NCBI RefSeq assembly: GCF_963921235.1
Contig: NC_086109.1
Coordinates: 8,434,001-8,498,000, forward strand
Direction of reading: 5' to 3'
DNA: 64,000 bases
From: Mobula hypostoma
Lineage: Eukaryota
Part shown: positions 36,625 through 49,964 of the stretch, one piece after another
How positions within the stretch are numbered: the first letter of the stretch is position 1
Layout: every line of letters starts with the position of its first letter
Program-made: the position numbers and the translations under genes
The notes under the pieces: generated by a model
Told to the model about the DNA's origin: nothing
Databases searched by the model: none
What the model saw: the letters and a program-made list of their open reading frames with translations, nothing else

Positions 36625-36992
36625 GTGGTGGGGTGGAGATACGTCTGTATCAAAGGAGGTGTAAGGCACTCCTTCCCTTCGCTAGCCACCCTTGGGTGAG
36701 GTGTAGCATTTGTTTAGCCCCCGATCAGGGTCACGTGAAGCTATGGGAGCAGGTGGTGGATGGTCGAATGAGTAGCTGGTGTATATCACAATTCCTGGTT
36801 ATGCGACAACTGACATCAGGCAGACAATCTCTGAAGAGTATTGATAATGGCTGGGGTCACCCATCTTGGAAAGACACTGCCCAGAAGAAGGCAATGGCAA
36901 ACCACTACTGCAGAAAAATTAGCCATGAACAATCATGGTCATGGAAAGACCATAATCACCCACGTTATACAACACGGCATGTAATGATGATG
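36625..36992 (+). mobile_element. Non-autonomous RTE-related element with a Bov-A-like module (copy 4)
   Basis: CCAGAAGAAGGCAATGGCAAACCACT core; (ATG)n tail. Confidence 0.75.
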
Positions 36993-37641
36993 AAACAATC
37001 AAGTAAGTGGATAACAGAATAACTAAATGGATAAATAGATAGAAAAATAAATAAATATATACATAGACAAATAGATAGATAGGCATATCATAAACGGATG
37101 ATAGATAAATAAATAAATAGAAACAGGAGATAGACAGATAGATGAATGAACAGTGTGAAGGAGGACGAGTGAGGTAGTGCTCTTGGGTTCATTAACCATT
37201 CGGAAATCTGATGCCAGCGGGTGAGAAGCTGTTCCCAAAGCTTTGAGGGCAGGTCATCCAAGTCCCGTACCTCCTGCCTGATGGTAGTATTAAGAAGTGG
37301 GCATGTCCCGGGTGATGAGAGTCCTTAATGATGATGCCACCTTCTAGAGGCTCTCTCTTTTGATGGTGTACTCAGTGACGGAGAGGCTTGTTTCTGAGGT
37401 GGAGCAATCTTCATCTGACAAGCCGGACACCAAACTATTGGGATCTTTGATTAGTCAGATAAAGGTTTACTGGAAATTTACTGTACAAGAAAATAAAATG
37501 AGGAATAACATGATTAACTACGCTGGACAACAAAGATTTTGCTTTCAGAATACTTTTGGGCTGCTGATCATGAAATTTCCCTATCACGCAACATTTTTTG
37601 AAATTAGCTATATTTGTGATTTCAATTCATAATTCAAGTCT

Positions 37642-38835
37642 ATCATTATCATCATCCTCATGTGCCATCCTCTGCCAGAGCCTCGGTGACCACCTTCTTC
37701 CGTTGCGGTCTGTCGGCAGTCAAACTTCTTGCATCTCCGGCGGTGAGGCCGGTCCACTTCTTGATGTTGTCGATCCAGGTTGTCCTCTGTCTGCCTCGGG
37801 AGTGGCTTCCTTCTACCCTGCCTTCAAGCACAGTGCGTTCCAGTGAGTCATCAGCTCTTGAGATGTGTCCAAAATAGCGAAGTTTCCTTTGGAAAGCGGT
37901 TTCCAGAAGTATTGGTTTCATCCCAATCTCTTCTAGGGTGAAATTGTTGGATCTCCTTTCAATGAGTGATACCCTGAGGATCCATCTGTATGTCCACATC
38001 TCAAATGCCATCAACTTCTTCTCATCAGCTGCTTTTAGGGTCCATGTTTCACAGCCGTATAAGGTTACTGGCCAGACGACACTCTTGAGGAGGTGTATCT
38101 TGGTGTCAGTGCTCACAGGTCTATCTTTCCAGATGTTCCAGAGTCTGGTAGTGCTTGTGCGTGTCATTGCTAGCCTTCGCCTTATTTCCTTGCTGCATTC
38201 GTTTTTGTCATTTAGTTCTGCACCAAGGTATATAAAGGAGGACATTTGTTTGATCTTGTTGTTTCCGATGCAGCTTGGATTGTAGTTTTGCTTATCACCA
38301 TAATTTTGGTCTTTTTGCCATTTATCAGCAATCCAAATTCAGTGGAGACTTTAGCAAAATTATTGAGTAGTGCTGGTAGGTCTTCTTCTGTTGTGGCCAG
38401 CAGGGCTGTGTCATCTGCGTATCTCAAGTTACTGATGGTTCTTCCTCCTACTTTAATGCCAATGTCGTCTGGAATTGCCAGTCTCATGATCATCTCAGTG
38501 TAGATGTTAAAAAGGTGTGGAGAAAGGATGCAGCCTTGGCGGACTCCTTTCCCATTGCAGAATGATTCAGTCTCGCCAGATGTGGTCCGAAGGCTGGAGG
38601 ATTGCGTAGCATACAGTGTTTCTAGAAGAGACACTAGGTGTGGTGCCACGCCCAGTGGAATCATTGTTGTCCACAGTCAAACGCCTTTGAGTAGTCTATG
38701 AAGCAGATGTATGGGGGGTGGGGGGTAGTGACCTCTCTCATTTTCTCCATTATTAGGCGCATGTTGAAGAGCTGGTCCCTGGTACCTTGGCCACTCCTGA
38801 GGCCAGCCTGTTCGAGTGCAATTTCTATATCTACG
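37642..38835 (-). mobile_element. RTE-clade LINE, 5'-truncated RT fragment
   Basis: KGVRQGCILSPHLFNIY, NLRYADDTALLA, LYGCETWTLK, LRYFGHI, EGSHSRGRQRTTWIDNIK; (TGA)n tail. Confidence 0.92.
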
Positions 38836-38888
38836 TAGTGCTTTAGTCTACCATGGGAACAATATAAGAATGTGAAGCGAGATCACCG

Positions 38889-38905
38889 CAGTGCCATCTA
38901 GTGGA
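38889..38905 (-). promoter_or_regulatory. CTCF-like motif TCCACTAGATGGCACTG
   Basis: Matches core CCASYAGRKGGCRS; motif only. Confidence 0.5.
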
Positions 38906-39208
38906 GGGTTCTTTTATAAACTCAGTCAAAGTTACATTTATTGTCAGATGCGCAAGTACCTGCACGCACAGGTGCAGTGAAACACCTAGTTGCAGCCACA
39001 TCACAGGCACAGAGCATAGGAGACGCAACATTCACAAGAAAAAATAAACTTAACATAAACTCTACACCATTTTTACAAGAAAACACAGATGGAACAGTGA
39101 AATAAAATGAAATACAAGATATTCTATAGATGCTGGGAATCCGGAGTAACACAGACAAAATGCTGGAAGAACTCAGCAAGTCAAGCAGCATCTATGGAAA
39201 GGAATAAA

Positions 39209-39246
39209 GAGTCAACATTTCGGGCCTAGACCCTTCATCAGGACTC
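39209..39246 (-). ncRNA. Minimal type I hammerhead ribozyme motif (Penelope terminus), mutated stem III
   Basis: GAGTC-CTGATGA-AGGGTCTAGGCCC-GAAA-TG-TT-GACTC; 5-bp stem I and intact core boxes. Confidence 0.6.
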
Positions 39247-39358
39247 ACATTTCAGTGCCAAGTGACCATAGCATTGGCAACAGCTGTGGAGGCCAACTCA
39301 CTGGGTATAATTAAAGTGGAGGTTAATCAGTTCCTGATTAGTAAGGGTGCTAAAGGTT

Positions 39359-40000
39359 ATTAGATTAGATTATGAGGACACGCAGTCCTCTTTTATTGTC
39401 ATTTAGTAATGCATGCATTAAGAAATGATATAATTGTTTTCCAGAATGATATCACAGAAAAACATGACAAACCGACTTAAAAACTAACAAAAACCACATA
39501 ATTATAACATATAGTTACAACAGTGCAAAGCAATACCATAATTTGATAAGAACAGACCATGGCACAGTAAAAGTCTCAAAGTCTCTCTGAAGTCCCATCA
39601 TCTCACGCAGACGGTGAACTTCCAGCGCCGCAAACTTGCCGATGCAGCGAGTTGGAAGCATCCGCCCACAGTCCGACTCAGAGTCCGTTCGAAAACTCTG
39701 AGCCTCTGACCAGCTCTCCGACACCAAGCACCGAGCACCATCTCTGCAGAGCGCTTCGACCCCGGCCCCGGCAACAGGCAATAGGCAAAGCCGAGGATTT
39801 GGGGCCTTCCCCTCCGGAGATTCTCGATCGCACAGTAGCAGTGGCAGCGAACCGGGCATTTCCGAAGTTTCTTCAGGTGTTCCTCCGTGCTTCTCATGGC
39901 TGTCTCCATCAAATCAGGATTGTGCACGGCCCCCTTAGTTAACACATACGATATTCATTCGGAACGGCCGCACGTGCTGCATCGCGCCGCCATCTTCTCC
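39359..40000 (-). mobile_element. Young-looking non-coding Rex1-like derivative (CpG-rich 5' part plus 3' tail) inserted in a CR1 tail
   Basis: Begins GGAGAAGATGGCGGCGCG on the minus strand and ends with AATAAA plus (AATCT)n, the same tail unit as the Rex1 at 17620-19079; host CR1 AAAGGTTA|TGAGAAGACAGGAGAATG is split. Confidence 0.6.
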
Positions 40001-40685
40001 CTGAGAAGACAGGAGAATGAGGTTGAGTGGGATAATGAATCAGCCATGACCTAATGGAGGAGCAATTTCAAAGGGCCAATTGTCCATATTCTGCTCCTAT
40101 GTCCATGGTCTTATGGTCTAAATTGTAGTGATTATGTTTTGCAGGTTGGTTCAAGAACAAGTGGTTAAAGGCTGTTGTGGGAATTCAGCTTTCTATACCT
40201 CCATTCTGATGGTACCTGTGAGCAAACAAGAGAAAGTCTGCAGACATTGGAGATCCAAGCAACACACTCAAAATGCTGGAGGAACTCAGCAGGCCAGGCA
40301 GATCAATGGAAAAGAGCACAGTTGACGCTTCGGGCCGGGACCCTTCGGAGTCCTGCTGGAGGGTCTTGGCCTGAAACTTTGACAGTACTCTTTTCCATAA
40401 ATTCTGCCTGGTCTGCTGAGAGCCTCCAGCATTTTGTGTGCGTAGCTGTGAGCAGATGGTGAGGACCTTTGATGGTCAACATTTCCTTCTTGAGGCAGTA
40501 CCTCATGGAGATATTACCGGTGACAGGGAGGGATTTGCCTCCGATGTATTTGGCTGAGCTCGCTCCTCTCTGCAGTTTCTTACGTTCCTGCACATTTGAA
40601 TTGCCATTCCAGACTGTGATGCAACCAGTTGATATCTTTACAGAAGAACCAGTCAGCTCTGATACAAAATGCTATCTGAATGTGT

Positions 40686-41797
40686 TAGATTCCTGATTCA
40701 AGATTGTTTAACGCCATTTCCTGTACACAAGTGTAAAGGAGAACAAAATCATTGTTCCTCCGGATCTGATGCAGCACAAAAAACACGGTAAGATAAAGAG
40801 TACAATAATAAAAAAACACAATAAATATAAATACGTAAGACAGCTTATAGACATGGATTGTTTGTACATTCATAAAGTGATGCTGGGCGCAGGAGTATCT
40901 GTACATAAGGTGACCGACGGGAAGTGATCAAGTGGTGATGGTGGAGGTGTTGGTAAATCTGTTTGGGGAAAGTAACTGTTTTTGAGCCTGGTGGTCCAGG
41001 TGTAGGTGCTACGTGGCCTCCTCCCTGATGGGAGTGGGACAAACAGCCCATGAACAAGGTGGGTTGGATCCTTGGGGGTGTTCCTGGCCTTCTTCCGGCG
41101 CCTTTCTGTAGATAAGTCCTCGATGGTGGGTAGGCTGCAGCTGGCCAGGCGCTGGGCAGTTTTGACTTCCCATTGCAGAGCCTTCCTCCCCACCACAGTG
41201 CAGTTTGCGTGCCAAGCAGTGATTCAGTTTGTTCCGATGCTCTCTGCTGCTTATCTGTAGAGTGATGTGAGTATGGCTGTGCGAAGTCCTCCTCTGAAAG
41301 TAGAGGTGTTGGTGAGTTTTCTGACTGTGTGGGATGTGTTCTGGGACCATGAGAGATTGTGTGTGATGGACGCTCCCCGGAATCTGAAGCTGCTTGCAGT
41401 TTCCACTGCTGTGCCACTGACGTAAAGAGGGGTGTGAGTAGTGTGAGTTCCTCTGAAGCCAATAACCATCTCCTTTGTCTTGTTGACATTAAGAAATGGT
41501 TCATTCGCCTGGGACCAGGCCCCGAGCTCTTCCACCCCATCTCTGTAGGCCGTCTCATCGACGTGGGTGATGAGCACCGCCACTGTTGTGCCATCCGCAA
41601 ACTTGACGATGTGGCTGCTTGATGGGTGTTTGGCCGAGCGGTCATGTGTGATCAGAGTGTACAGCATTGGGCTCAGCACACAGCCCCAGGGGGGCACCCG
41701 TGTTGGGGATGATGGGGAGGGAGGAACCGTTTTCATCCTGACTACCTGTGGTCTGTTGGCTGGTAAGTCCAACAACCAGTTGCACAGGGGTGCATTT
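40686..41797 (-). mobile_element. Rex1/Babar LINE fragment with 3' UTR
   Basis: [68 protein letters not shown]. Confidence 0.9.
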
Positions 41798-41850
41798 AGA
41801 TAATTTCCATAATAGTAGTAGTAATAGGCCTTCCTTTGATCAGGGTCGCG

Positions 41851-42083
41851 TGTTGGGCACGTGGCCAAGTGGTTAAAACGTTCACCTAGTGATCTGAAGG
41901 TTGCTGGTTCGAGCCTCAGCTGTGGCAGCGTGTTTGTGTCCTTGAGCGAGGCACTTAACCACACATTGCTCTAGTCTGTGTGAGGAGTGGTGCCCCACAC
42001 AGACTTCCAATCTGCGCCCTGTAAGGCATGAAAATGCATGACGCAGGCCTCTCATGGTCTGAGTCGATGTTCCCTCCCTCCCC
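41851..42083 (+). mobile_element. tRNA-derived SINE (tail type B)
   Basis: A box TGGCCAAGTGG, B box GGTTCGAGCC; near-identical to 19698-19930. Confidence 0.85.
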
Positions 42084-44874
42084 ACTTGATGAAAGTCAAC
42101 CGTGGATGTTGTGTCCTAGCTGTCTATGTGATTCACAAGCCAGGGCAGTACGATATGGAGAGCAAGCTGTTGCCCGTGTAGCAGGCTTCCCCTCTCCACA
42201 CAGATGATGAATCCAAAGGAACGGCAGAGACCAATACAGTTTGGCACCAGCAACGTTGCAGGAGTTGCCAGTCGGTATTAAACTCAATGTAGGACTGCCT
42301 CAGAGACTCCAGCTCCGGAATTTTCCTCAGGGTTTACTCCGGAAGCCTTCCCCATGAACAGGTACAGCCGCAAGGCCGCGGAGATTTGAGATCAGAGTTT
42401 TTCTTCACCTCGATGAGTTGCCAATCGTGCTGACGGGCAACTGGTTTTAAGGCATCAACAACCTGCCCTTGCCCCTTCTCCTATCAGTAGAAACGGTTTA
42501 GCTTAGTAGCTAAGCCACACATGAAGGCCAGGAGTTGGACTTGGTTGTCGGAGGCTATTTGAGACGCACGCCATTGGGGGCATTTAACAGAGAGTGGGAG
42601 CTTAACCCCACTACCTCCCCCAGCTCTGACAGCCTTAAGGATTCAAATTTCCAAACGGTGGTTGAAACAAGGTATGCAAAGTGTTAACCATCGCTGGATT
42701 TCCTAGCACAATCTAATGTCTCTTGGCACTTAAATGGTTCCCAGGGCTAAATCTGAGAAGGCATGCGATGGCAATAAACCACAGCACACAAAGGAATGCA
42801 ATAGCTTTGATCTCCACAGGCTGCCGCTCGAGGAACTCAGAGATTACTGGATGGCTTTCGCCTGCCATTGTCTCCACAAGTGTGCGGTGACGATTCTGCT
42901 ACGCCGAAATTTACATACAGATGCTAAAGAGCTGTTGTTCTGTCTGAGGTCTCAGGTACTCTGCATTATGTGGCACCTGAATAGGACGACTCAGATGAGA
43001 TCGCCTGGTCAGATTAGCTTTACAATTCACTCCCCTGAAAGAGAACTTTGGTCCTTGTGTGTAGGCATATTGTCCCAGTAAAGATCTTGCAAAAGCCTCC
43101 ATTCCTGTCTGAATTACCTGGGCAGAGGCAGCTGAGGATATTGGATGGCTGCCTTGTGCTGGTTAAAACTACTGGAATGCAATGGTAGCGGCAGTTAACC
43201 CTCTGCTTCCCACATCCAGGAGCCTCAAGTCCCACACCACCAGGTTGAGGAACAGTTATTACCCCACAATGAATCAGGCTCCTGAACCAGTGTGGATAAC
43301 TTCACTCACCTCAACACCAAACTATTCCATAACCTATGGACACTTTCAAAGAATCTACAACTCATGTTCGTAATACTATCTATTTATCTATCTAACTTTA
43401 TTTATTCACTCATTTCAATATTTATTATCTTCCGTGTGTTTTTTTTTTGTAAATGCACGTTGGTTCTGTGTATGTCTTTGTGAGTAGTTTTTCATTGATT
43501 CTATGGTATTTCTTTGTATCTACTGTGAATGACACATGTGTACTTTGATAATAAATTTACCTCCTTAGCATGACCCCACTCAAGCACTGGTTGTGCCACC
43601 CTAAAACCAACATATATAAACGTGTTTCACAATATAGGACATAGAGCAGTACAGCTCAGTATCGGCCCTGTGGCCCGTGCTGTTGTGCCAACCTTTTAAA
43701 CTACTTTATTAGATCAATCTAGTGCTTCCCTCCCATATACACCTCCATTTTCTTATCATCCCTAATGCATCTGCCTCCACCAGCACCACTGGCAGGGTGT
43801 CCCACGCACCCACCACTCTCGCTGTTAAAAAAAAAACTACCTCTTTCATCCCCTCTTTACTTTCCTCCTATCACCTTAAAATTATCTTGCCAAGTCAGCT
43901 CTCGGGTGAATTCTCTGGCTGTCCACTCGCTCTACGCCCTTTTATCGTCCTCTACACTTCTATCACGTCTCCTTTATGCACTTACAGTCTTTAGAAACAG
44001 TTTAAAATTTCCATCAAATAGGCTGATTCACTATGGAGTGTAAAACAGTTACTCCAGCACGTGGGAAAGAGTCGGACTATTCATGAAGCAAGTTCTGAAG
44101 CCTGAAGTCTCACACCACCAGGTTCAGGAACAGATACTTTCCAACAACCCCCACCACCTAGGTCATGCTCTCTTCTCGCTGCTGCCTCAGGTACAGGAGC
44201 CTCAGAGGTTTACCAGGTTCAAGAACAGTTACTACTCCTCAACCAGCAGGCTCTTGAACCAAAGTGGATAACTTCACTCAACTTCACTTGCCCATTCACT
44301 GAAATGTCCTACAACCTATCAACTCAATTCTAAGGGCTCTTCATTTCATGTTCTGATATTTATTGTTTATTTATTTATCTATCTATCCATCTATTCATTT
44401 ATTATTTCTTTTTTCTCTATTTTTGTCTTTGTGTAATTTTTTGACTTTTGCACACTGGTGGTCCCCCCTGTTGGTATGGTCTTACATTGATTTCATTACA
44501 GTTATTGGATTTAGGAGTATGCCCACAAGCATCTCAGGGATGTATATGGTGATAAAAAGGTATTTTGATAATAAATTTACTTTGAACTTTGAACTTTGAA
44601 CTTTTTAAACTTTGATCCACCAGGCTTTTGAACCCCACCTGCAGAACCCTAACCTGCCCCAGCAACAGAATACTACAGACCACCTCCTGCACCAACATGG
44701 ACTTTATCTTCATAGAACATAGAACCTAGAACAGTACAGTGCAGGAACAGGCCCTTTGGCCCTCAATGTTGTCCTGAGCTAATGCAATTAGTAATCAGGT
44801 GGCTAACTAATCTCTTCTGCCCACACAATGTCCATATCCTTCCATTTTCCTCACATTCATGTGCCTATCTAAAG

Positions 44875-46170
44875 CATAAGACCATAAGAAGATACGATAT
44901 AGGAGCAGAATTAGGCCATTTGGCCCATCGAGTCTGCACTGCCATTTCATTATGGTTGATCCAATTTTCCTGTCAGCCCCAACTCTTGCCTTCTGCCCGT
45001 ATCCTTTCATGCTCTGACCAGACGTGAATCTATCAGCCTCTGCCTTAAATATACACAAAGACTTGGCCTCCACAGCTGCCCCTGGCAATGAATTCCACAG
45101 ATTCACCACTCTCTGGTTAAAGAAATTCCTCCTCAGCTTTGTTCTAAAAGGACGCCCCTCTAGTCTGAGGCTATGTCCTCTGGTCATAGGAAACATCCTC
45201 TCCACAGCCACTCTATCATGGCCTTTCAGTATCTGATAGGTTTCAATGAGATTCCCCCCTGCCCCCCATTCTTCCGAATTCTAGTGAGTAGAGGCCCAGA
45301 GCCATCAAACACTCTTCATATGACAAGCCATTCAATCCTGGAATCATTTTCATGAACCTCCTTTAAACCCTCTCCTGTTTCGGCACATCTTTTCAAAAAA
45401 AGGAGCCCAACACTGCAACACACACTCAACCTGCAAATTAAGCTTTACGGAATCCTGTATGAGGACTCCCAAGTCTCTTTGCACCTAGGTTTTTGTATTT
45501 TCTCTCCATTTAGAAAGTAGTTCACCCTTTAATTTCTTCTACCAAAGTGCATGACCATACACTTCCAGACACCGTATTCCATCTGCCATTTCTTTGCCCA
45601 ATCTCCTAATCTGTCTAAATCATTCAGTAGCCTCTTTACTTCTACAGAACTACCTGCCCCTCCACCTATCTTCATATCATCTTCAAACTTTGCAAAAAGG
45701 CCATCAATTCCATCATCCAAATCATTGACATATAATGTAAAAGAATCGATCCCAACACAGACCCCCATGGAACACCGCTAGTCACCGGCAGCCAGTCAGA
45801 AATTTCCACACTCTGCCTCCTGCAATCAGTCAATGCTTTATCCACGCTAGAATCTTTCCTGTAATACCATTGGCTCGTAGCTTGTTAAGCAGCTTCCTGT
45901 GTGACACCTTGTCAAAGGTCTTCTGAAAATCCAAGTACACAACATCAACTGATTCTCCTTTGTCTATCCTGCTTCTTACTTCAAAGAACTCCAACAGATT
46001 TGTCAGGCAAGATTTTCCCTTGAGGAAACCATGCTGACTATGGCTTATTTTATCATGTGCCTCCACGTACCCTGAGACCTCATCCTTGATAATTGATTCC
46101 AATATCTTCCCAACCACTGAGGTCAGACTAACTGGCCTATAGTTTTCTTTCTTCTGCCTCTCTCCCTTCT
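44875..46170 (-). mobile_element. CR1 LINE fragment
   Basis: ORFs 44807-45211, 45529-45768 and 45830-46117 carry CR1 RT motifs. Confidence 0.9.
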
Positions 46171-46254
46171 CTTAAAGGTCTCTTAAAGGTTACTAATGTT
46201 TCTGCTTTTACCACCATCCCTGGTGGTGCACTCGAGGCACCCACCACTCTCACA

Positions 46255-47430
46255 AACAGCTGAGGTCCCAGTACAGAACCCCACTAATGACAGGCCTTCA
46301 GCGAGAATAAGTCCCTTCGACTGCCACCCAATGTCTTCCATGGGCAAGCCAGTTGTGAATCCAACCTGCCAGTTCACCATGGATCCCATGCATCTTCATC
46401 TTCTGGATGAGCCTCCCATAAGGGACCTTGTCAAACGCTGTACTATAATCCATGTAGACAACATCCAGAGCTCTACCTTCACCAGTCACCCTTATCACCT
46501 TGTCAAGAATTCAATCAAGTTTTTAAGACATGACTTGCCCCACAAAGAGCTGTCTCTCGCTGATTAGTCCATGGTTTTACAAATCCTATGAATCCTATCC
46601 GTAAGAATTTTCTCCAGTAACTTCCCTCCCACTGACGTGAGACTCACCTGTCTGTGGTTTCCAGATTTATCCCTGGTTCCCTTCTTGAATAATGGAACAA
46701 CATTAGCCACTCGGCAGTACTCCAAGACCTCACCTGCAGCTACAGAGGAAATGAAGATATTGGTCTGGGCCCCAGCAATCTCTTCTCTTTCTTCTCTCAA
46801 TAATCTGGGGCATCTCCCATCGGGTCCTGGAGACTTATCCACCTTAATTCTTTTTTAAGAGACCCAACGTTACCTCTTCCTTTACCTTGAAATGCCCTAG
46901 CCTATCAATATCAGCACTGATCTCCCTATCCTCCACGTCCTTCTCCTTGGTAAATACTGATTATAAGGTACTCATTAAGGACCACCCACAGTCAATCAAA
47001 TGTTCCTCTCTTTATCCTTGAGTGGTCTTACCCTCTCCCTGGTTATCCTCTTGCTCCTGATATAGGTATTGAATGCCTATTTAATCCTACTTGCCGAGGA
47101 CTTTCCTAATTCCCTTCTCAAGTTATTTTCTGGTTTCTTTATAATCCTCAAGAACTCTGTTTGATTCTAGCCTCCTAAGCTTTATAAACTTCTCCTTTTT
47201 TTTTTCTTTAGTCAAGGTCCTCTGACCTTGCCAACTTTGTCCTTCCTTCTGATGGGAGCACAGCTGTCCTGTGCTCTGTGCAGCTGGGCTTCAAACACCC
47301 TCCACATATTGGATGTGGGCTTGCCCAAAAACAGCTGGTCCCAATTCACTCTCCCTAGTTCCTGCCTAATGCTCCCATAATTTTCCCTGCTCCAGCTTAA
47401 AGCTCTGCTGCAAGGTCCGTGCTTATCCCT
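46255..47430 (-). mobile_element. Older CR1 ORF2 fragment (tether and RT); endonuclease part continues at ~47955-48250
   Basis: DKSPGPDG, VANVVPLFKKG, YMDYSTAFDKVPYGRL; TRGGAVLDLVLGN..LGNRDHN and VVLGYFNFPHISW. Confidence 0.85.
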
Positions 47431-48474
47431 ATGATGGAAGTTGTCCATCATGTCCAATGATGGCAGGAGAGTCTTTAAAGTGGAAAAGCTGTTGCACTGG
47501 GACAGTTCCACTCCCTCGATGATGGAAGTCTGGCTCCAGTGGTATGAACAAGCATCACAAGTGGAATCTTTCTTGGTCACTGCAGATGACCATGACTTCT
47601 TCTGTGCCTTGGCATACCGTTTGCTTTCCGTGGAGTGTTGGAGAGCCCCTTCCTGGCCGTTGGAACTCACTGTAGATCTCATCCTCCCGGTTTTCTGGAG
47701 CTGACTTCCCATGCTAGGACAGGCATGTCCCTCTCTCACCGGGTTATGAGGTCACCGGCTACCCTCACCTGGTTTAGACAGCCTGTCGAAGCGGTGTACG
47801 GGGGGGGGGGGGCCTGTGGCTGCTGTCGCATGCAAACAGCTACTCAGAGCCACAGGTGAGAGATGAGTGTCTGATGGGGACCAAAGGTGAGCGAGCTGCC
47901 CCAGATGCCCCTTCACCAGAGTTGCTTCCCCTCCCTGCACCCCCACCCCGGAAACCCCATAGCTATCTTACAGTTAAAGGAGTTGTGGTCTCTGTTCCCT
48001 AACTGCTCACCCACAGAGAGGTCGGGCACCTGGCCGGACCCATTACCCAACACCAGGTCTAATACAGCCCCTCCTCTGGTTGCACGCTCTCCATACAGAT
48101 TTAATTCCCCCCCCCCCGCCCCGGATCCACCAAATAAATTCTGCCCCATCTAAACCTATCGCACTCAGAATGTCCCAGCTTATATGAGGGAAGTTGAAAT
48201 ACCCCAAGACAACATCCCTATTGCTTTTCCTTAATCTGCCTGCATATCTGTTCCTCAATGGAGTTTCTTGCCCCTCCTCCACCCAGTCCGTCTGCCCCTA
48301 CCAGCTGAAATATCAGACCTCCCCTTCATAACCTAAAGAGCAATGAGAACGAAGGCAACGCACACAAAATGCTGGAGCAACTCCAGCAACTCCTGATGAA
48401 GGGTCTCGGCCTGAAACGCCAACCGTTTGTTCCTCTCTCTATTGATGCTGCCTGACCTGCTGAGTTCCTCCACC

Positions 48475-48477
<3 letters not shown>

Positions 48478-48508
<31 letters not shown>
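48478..48508. repeat. (GT)n microsatellite followed by poly-G
   Basis: Read directly. Confidence 0.95.
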
Positions 48509-48509
<1 letters not shown>

Positions 48510-49009
48510 CGGGGGGGGGGGGGGCCTCAAGATTTCCAGCATCTGCAGAATCTTTTGTATTAATGAGAACAAGGAATTTCTTCCCATGGGGAACAGTTGA
48601 GGTGAGTGATGAAGAGACACTTGAAGGTGGGTGGCTGGATAAGGCAATGGGAGACAGGGGTGAAGGAGTTAGAGGGTTATGCAGACAGCTAAGGAAAGAC
48701 AAAAGGCTCGAGTAGACCCATATCTACTGGAGTTCCGAAGAGTGAGAAGGCATTGGATTGAAACAAATAAAATCTATGGTCACATGCAAAATGCTGGACG
48801 AACTCAGCAAAGTCAGGCAGCATCTGTGGAACTGAGTAAACGGTTGACATTTTTTGCTGAGACCCTTCATCAGCATTTCCAGCATCTGCAGAATCACTTG
48901 TGTTCCTACAATCCATGGCCGAGGAGGAAACAGTGCTCCCTCTAGTGGGAGGATCTAGAACTAGAGGTCATTGTTACGCATGTAAGAGTGATACTTGCCT
49001 CTGAACAAA

Positions 49010-49420
49010 GGTAGGCGAGCGCTGGACAATATCAAATCAAAACGAGGGAAGACTCGCAGCTGTAGAAATGTGTTTTCTGAGAAGAATGATGAAAATATCA
49101 TGGAAGGACAGAGTAACAAATGAGGGAGTGTTGTGAAAAGCTGGAATAAGAAGAGAGGCGATATCATCAATCAGAAAATGTCAGCTGGAACTTTTGGGAC
49201 ACGTACTGAGGAAAGAAACTCGAACATTTTGCAGTGAAGTGGGAAAATTGATGCAAGTGTAAGTCACAGTCGACATTGCATAGCACAAATCAGTTACATC
49301 AAGGGATGGTTAGGCAAACGTCTTGTAGGGTTCATTAGAACTTCTTAGATTAAAGACAGATATGGAAGACCATGATCACCCACATCATATGACATGTCTC
49401 ATAATGAGGATGATGATGAT
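49010..49420 (+). mobile_element. RTE-clade LINE 3' remnant
   Basis: RLAAVEMCFLRRMMKISWKDRVTNEGV..QLELLGHVLRKE; (ATG)n tail. Confidence 0.7.
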
Positions 49421-49661
49421 AACTACTGGAGGTTGTGAATCTTTGGAACACTTCCCCAAAGGACAGTGAAAGCTGAATAATAAACTCATTTACCAATTGA
49501 TTGCAACATTGCAACGTGGGGTAGGCAGGATGCAGATTCAATGTTGCAATCAATTGGAAAACAGGTTTATTATTGTCACATGGACCATATAACTTTGTTT
49601 TGTATGACATCCAAACAAATCGCTCCATTACCTTAAGACCCTAATACCACAAAACTGTAAG

Positions 49662-49925
49662 GTATCTATCTATCTATCTATCTATTTATCTGTCTATTTA
49701 TTTATCTATCTATCTAACTGTCTCTCTATTTATCCATTTATTTATCTATCATCTAATTTATTGATCTCCATCTATCGATCCATCTTTTTATCTATCTTGT
49801 TATCCATCTATTTATCACTCTCTTTATGTTTACCCAATTTCCCTCGGGATCAATAAAGTATATCTATCTATCTATCTCTCCATCTCATCTACGTATCTAA
49901 ATATTTATCTATTTATCTACCTACG
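49662..49925. repeat. Degenerate (TATC)n microsatellite
   Basis: Read directly. Confidence 0.9.
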
Positions 49926-49964
49926 TTAGTTAGTTAATTAGTTTGTGTATTTATTTATTACACA

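Noticed and set aside
40845..41645. 266-aa ORF
   Set aside because: Alternative frame of a frameshifted Rex1 fragment.
42734..43081. 115-aa ORF or exon in unique sequence
   Set aside because: No recognisable homology and no convincing acceptor/donor pair; left uncalled.
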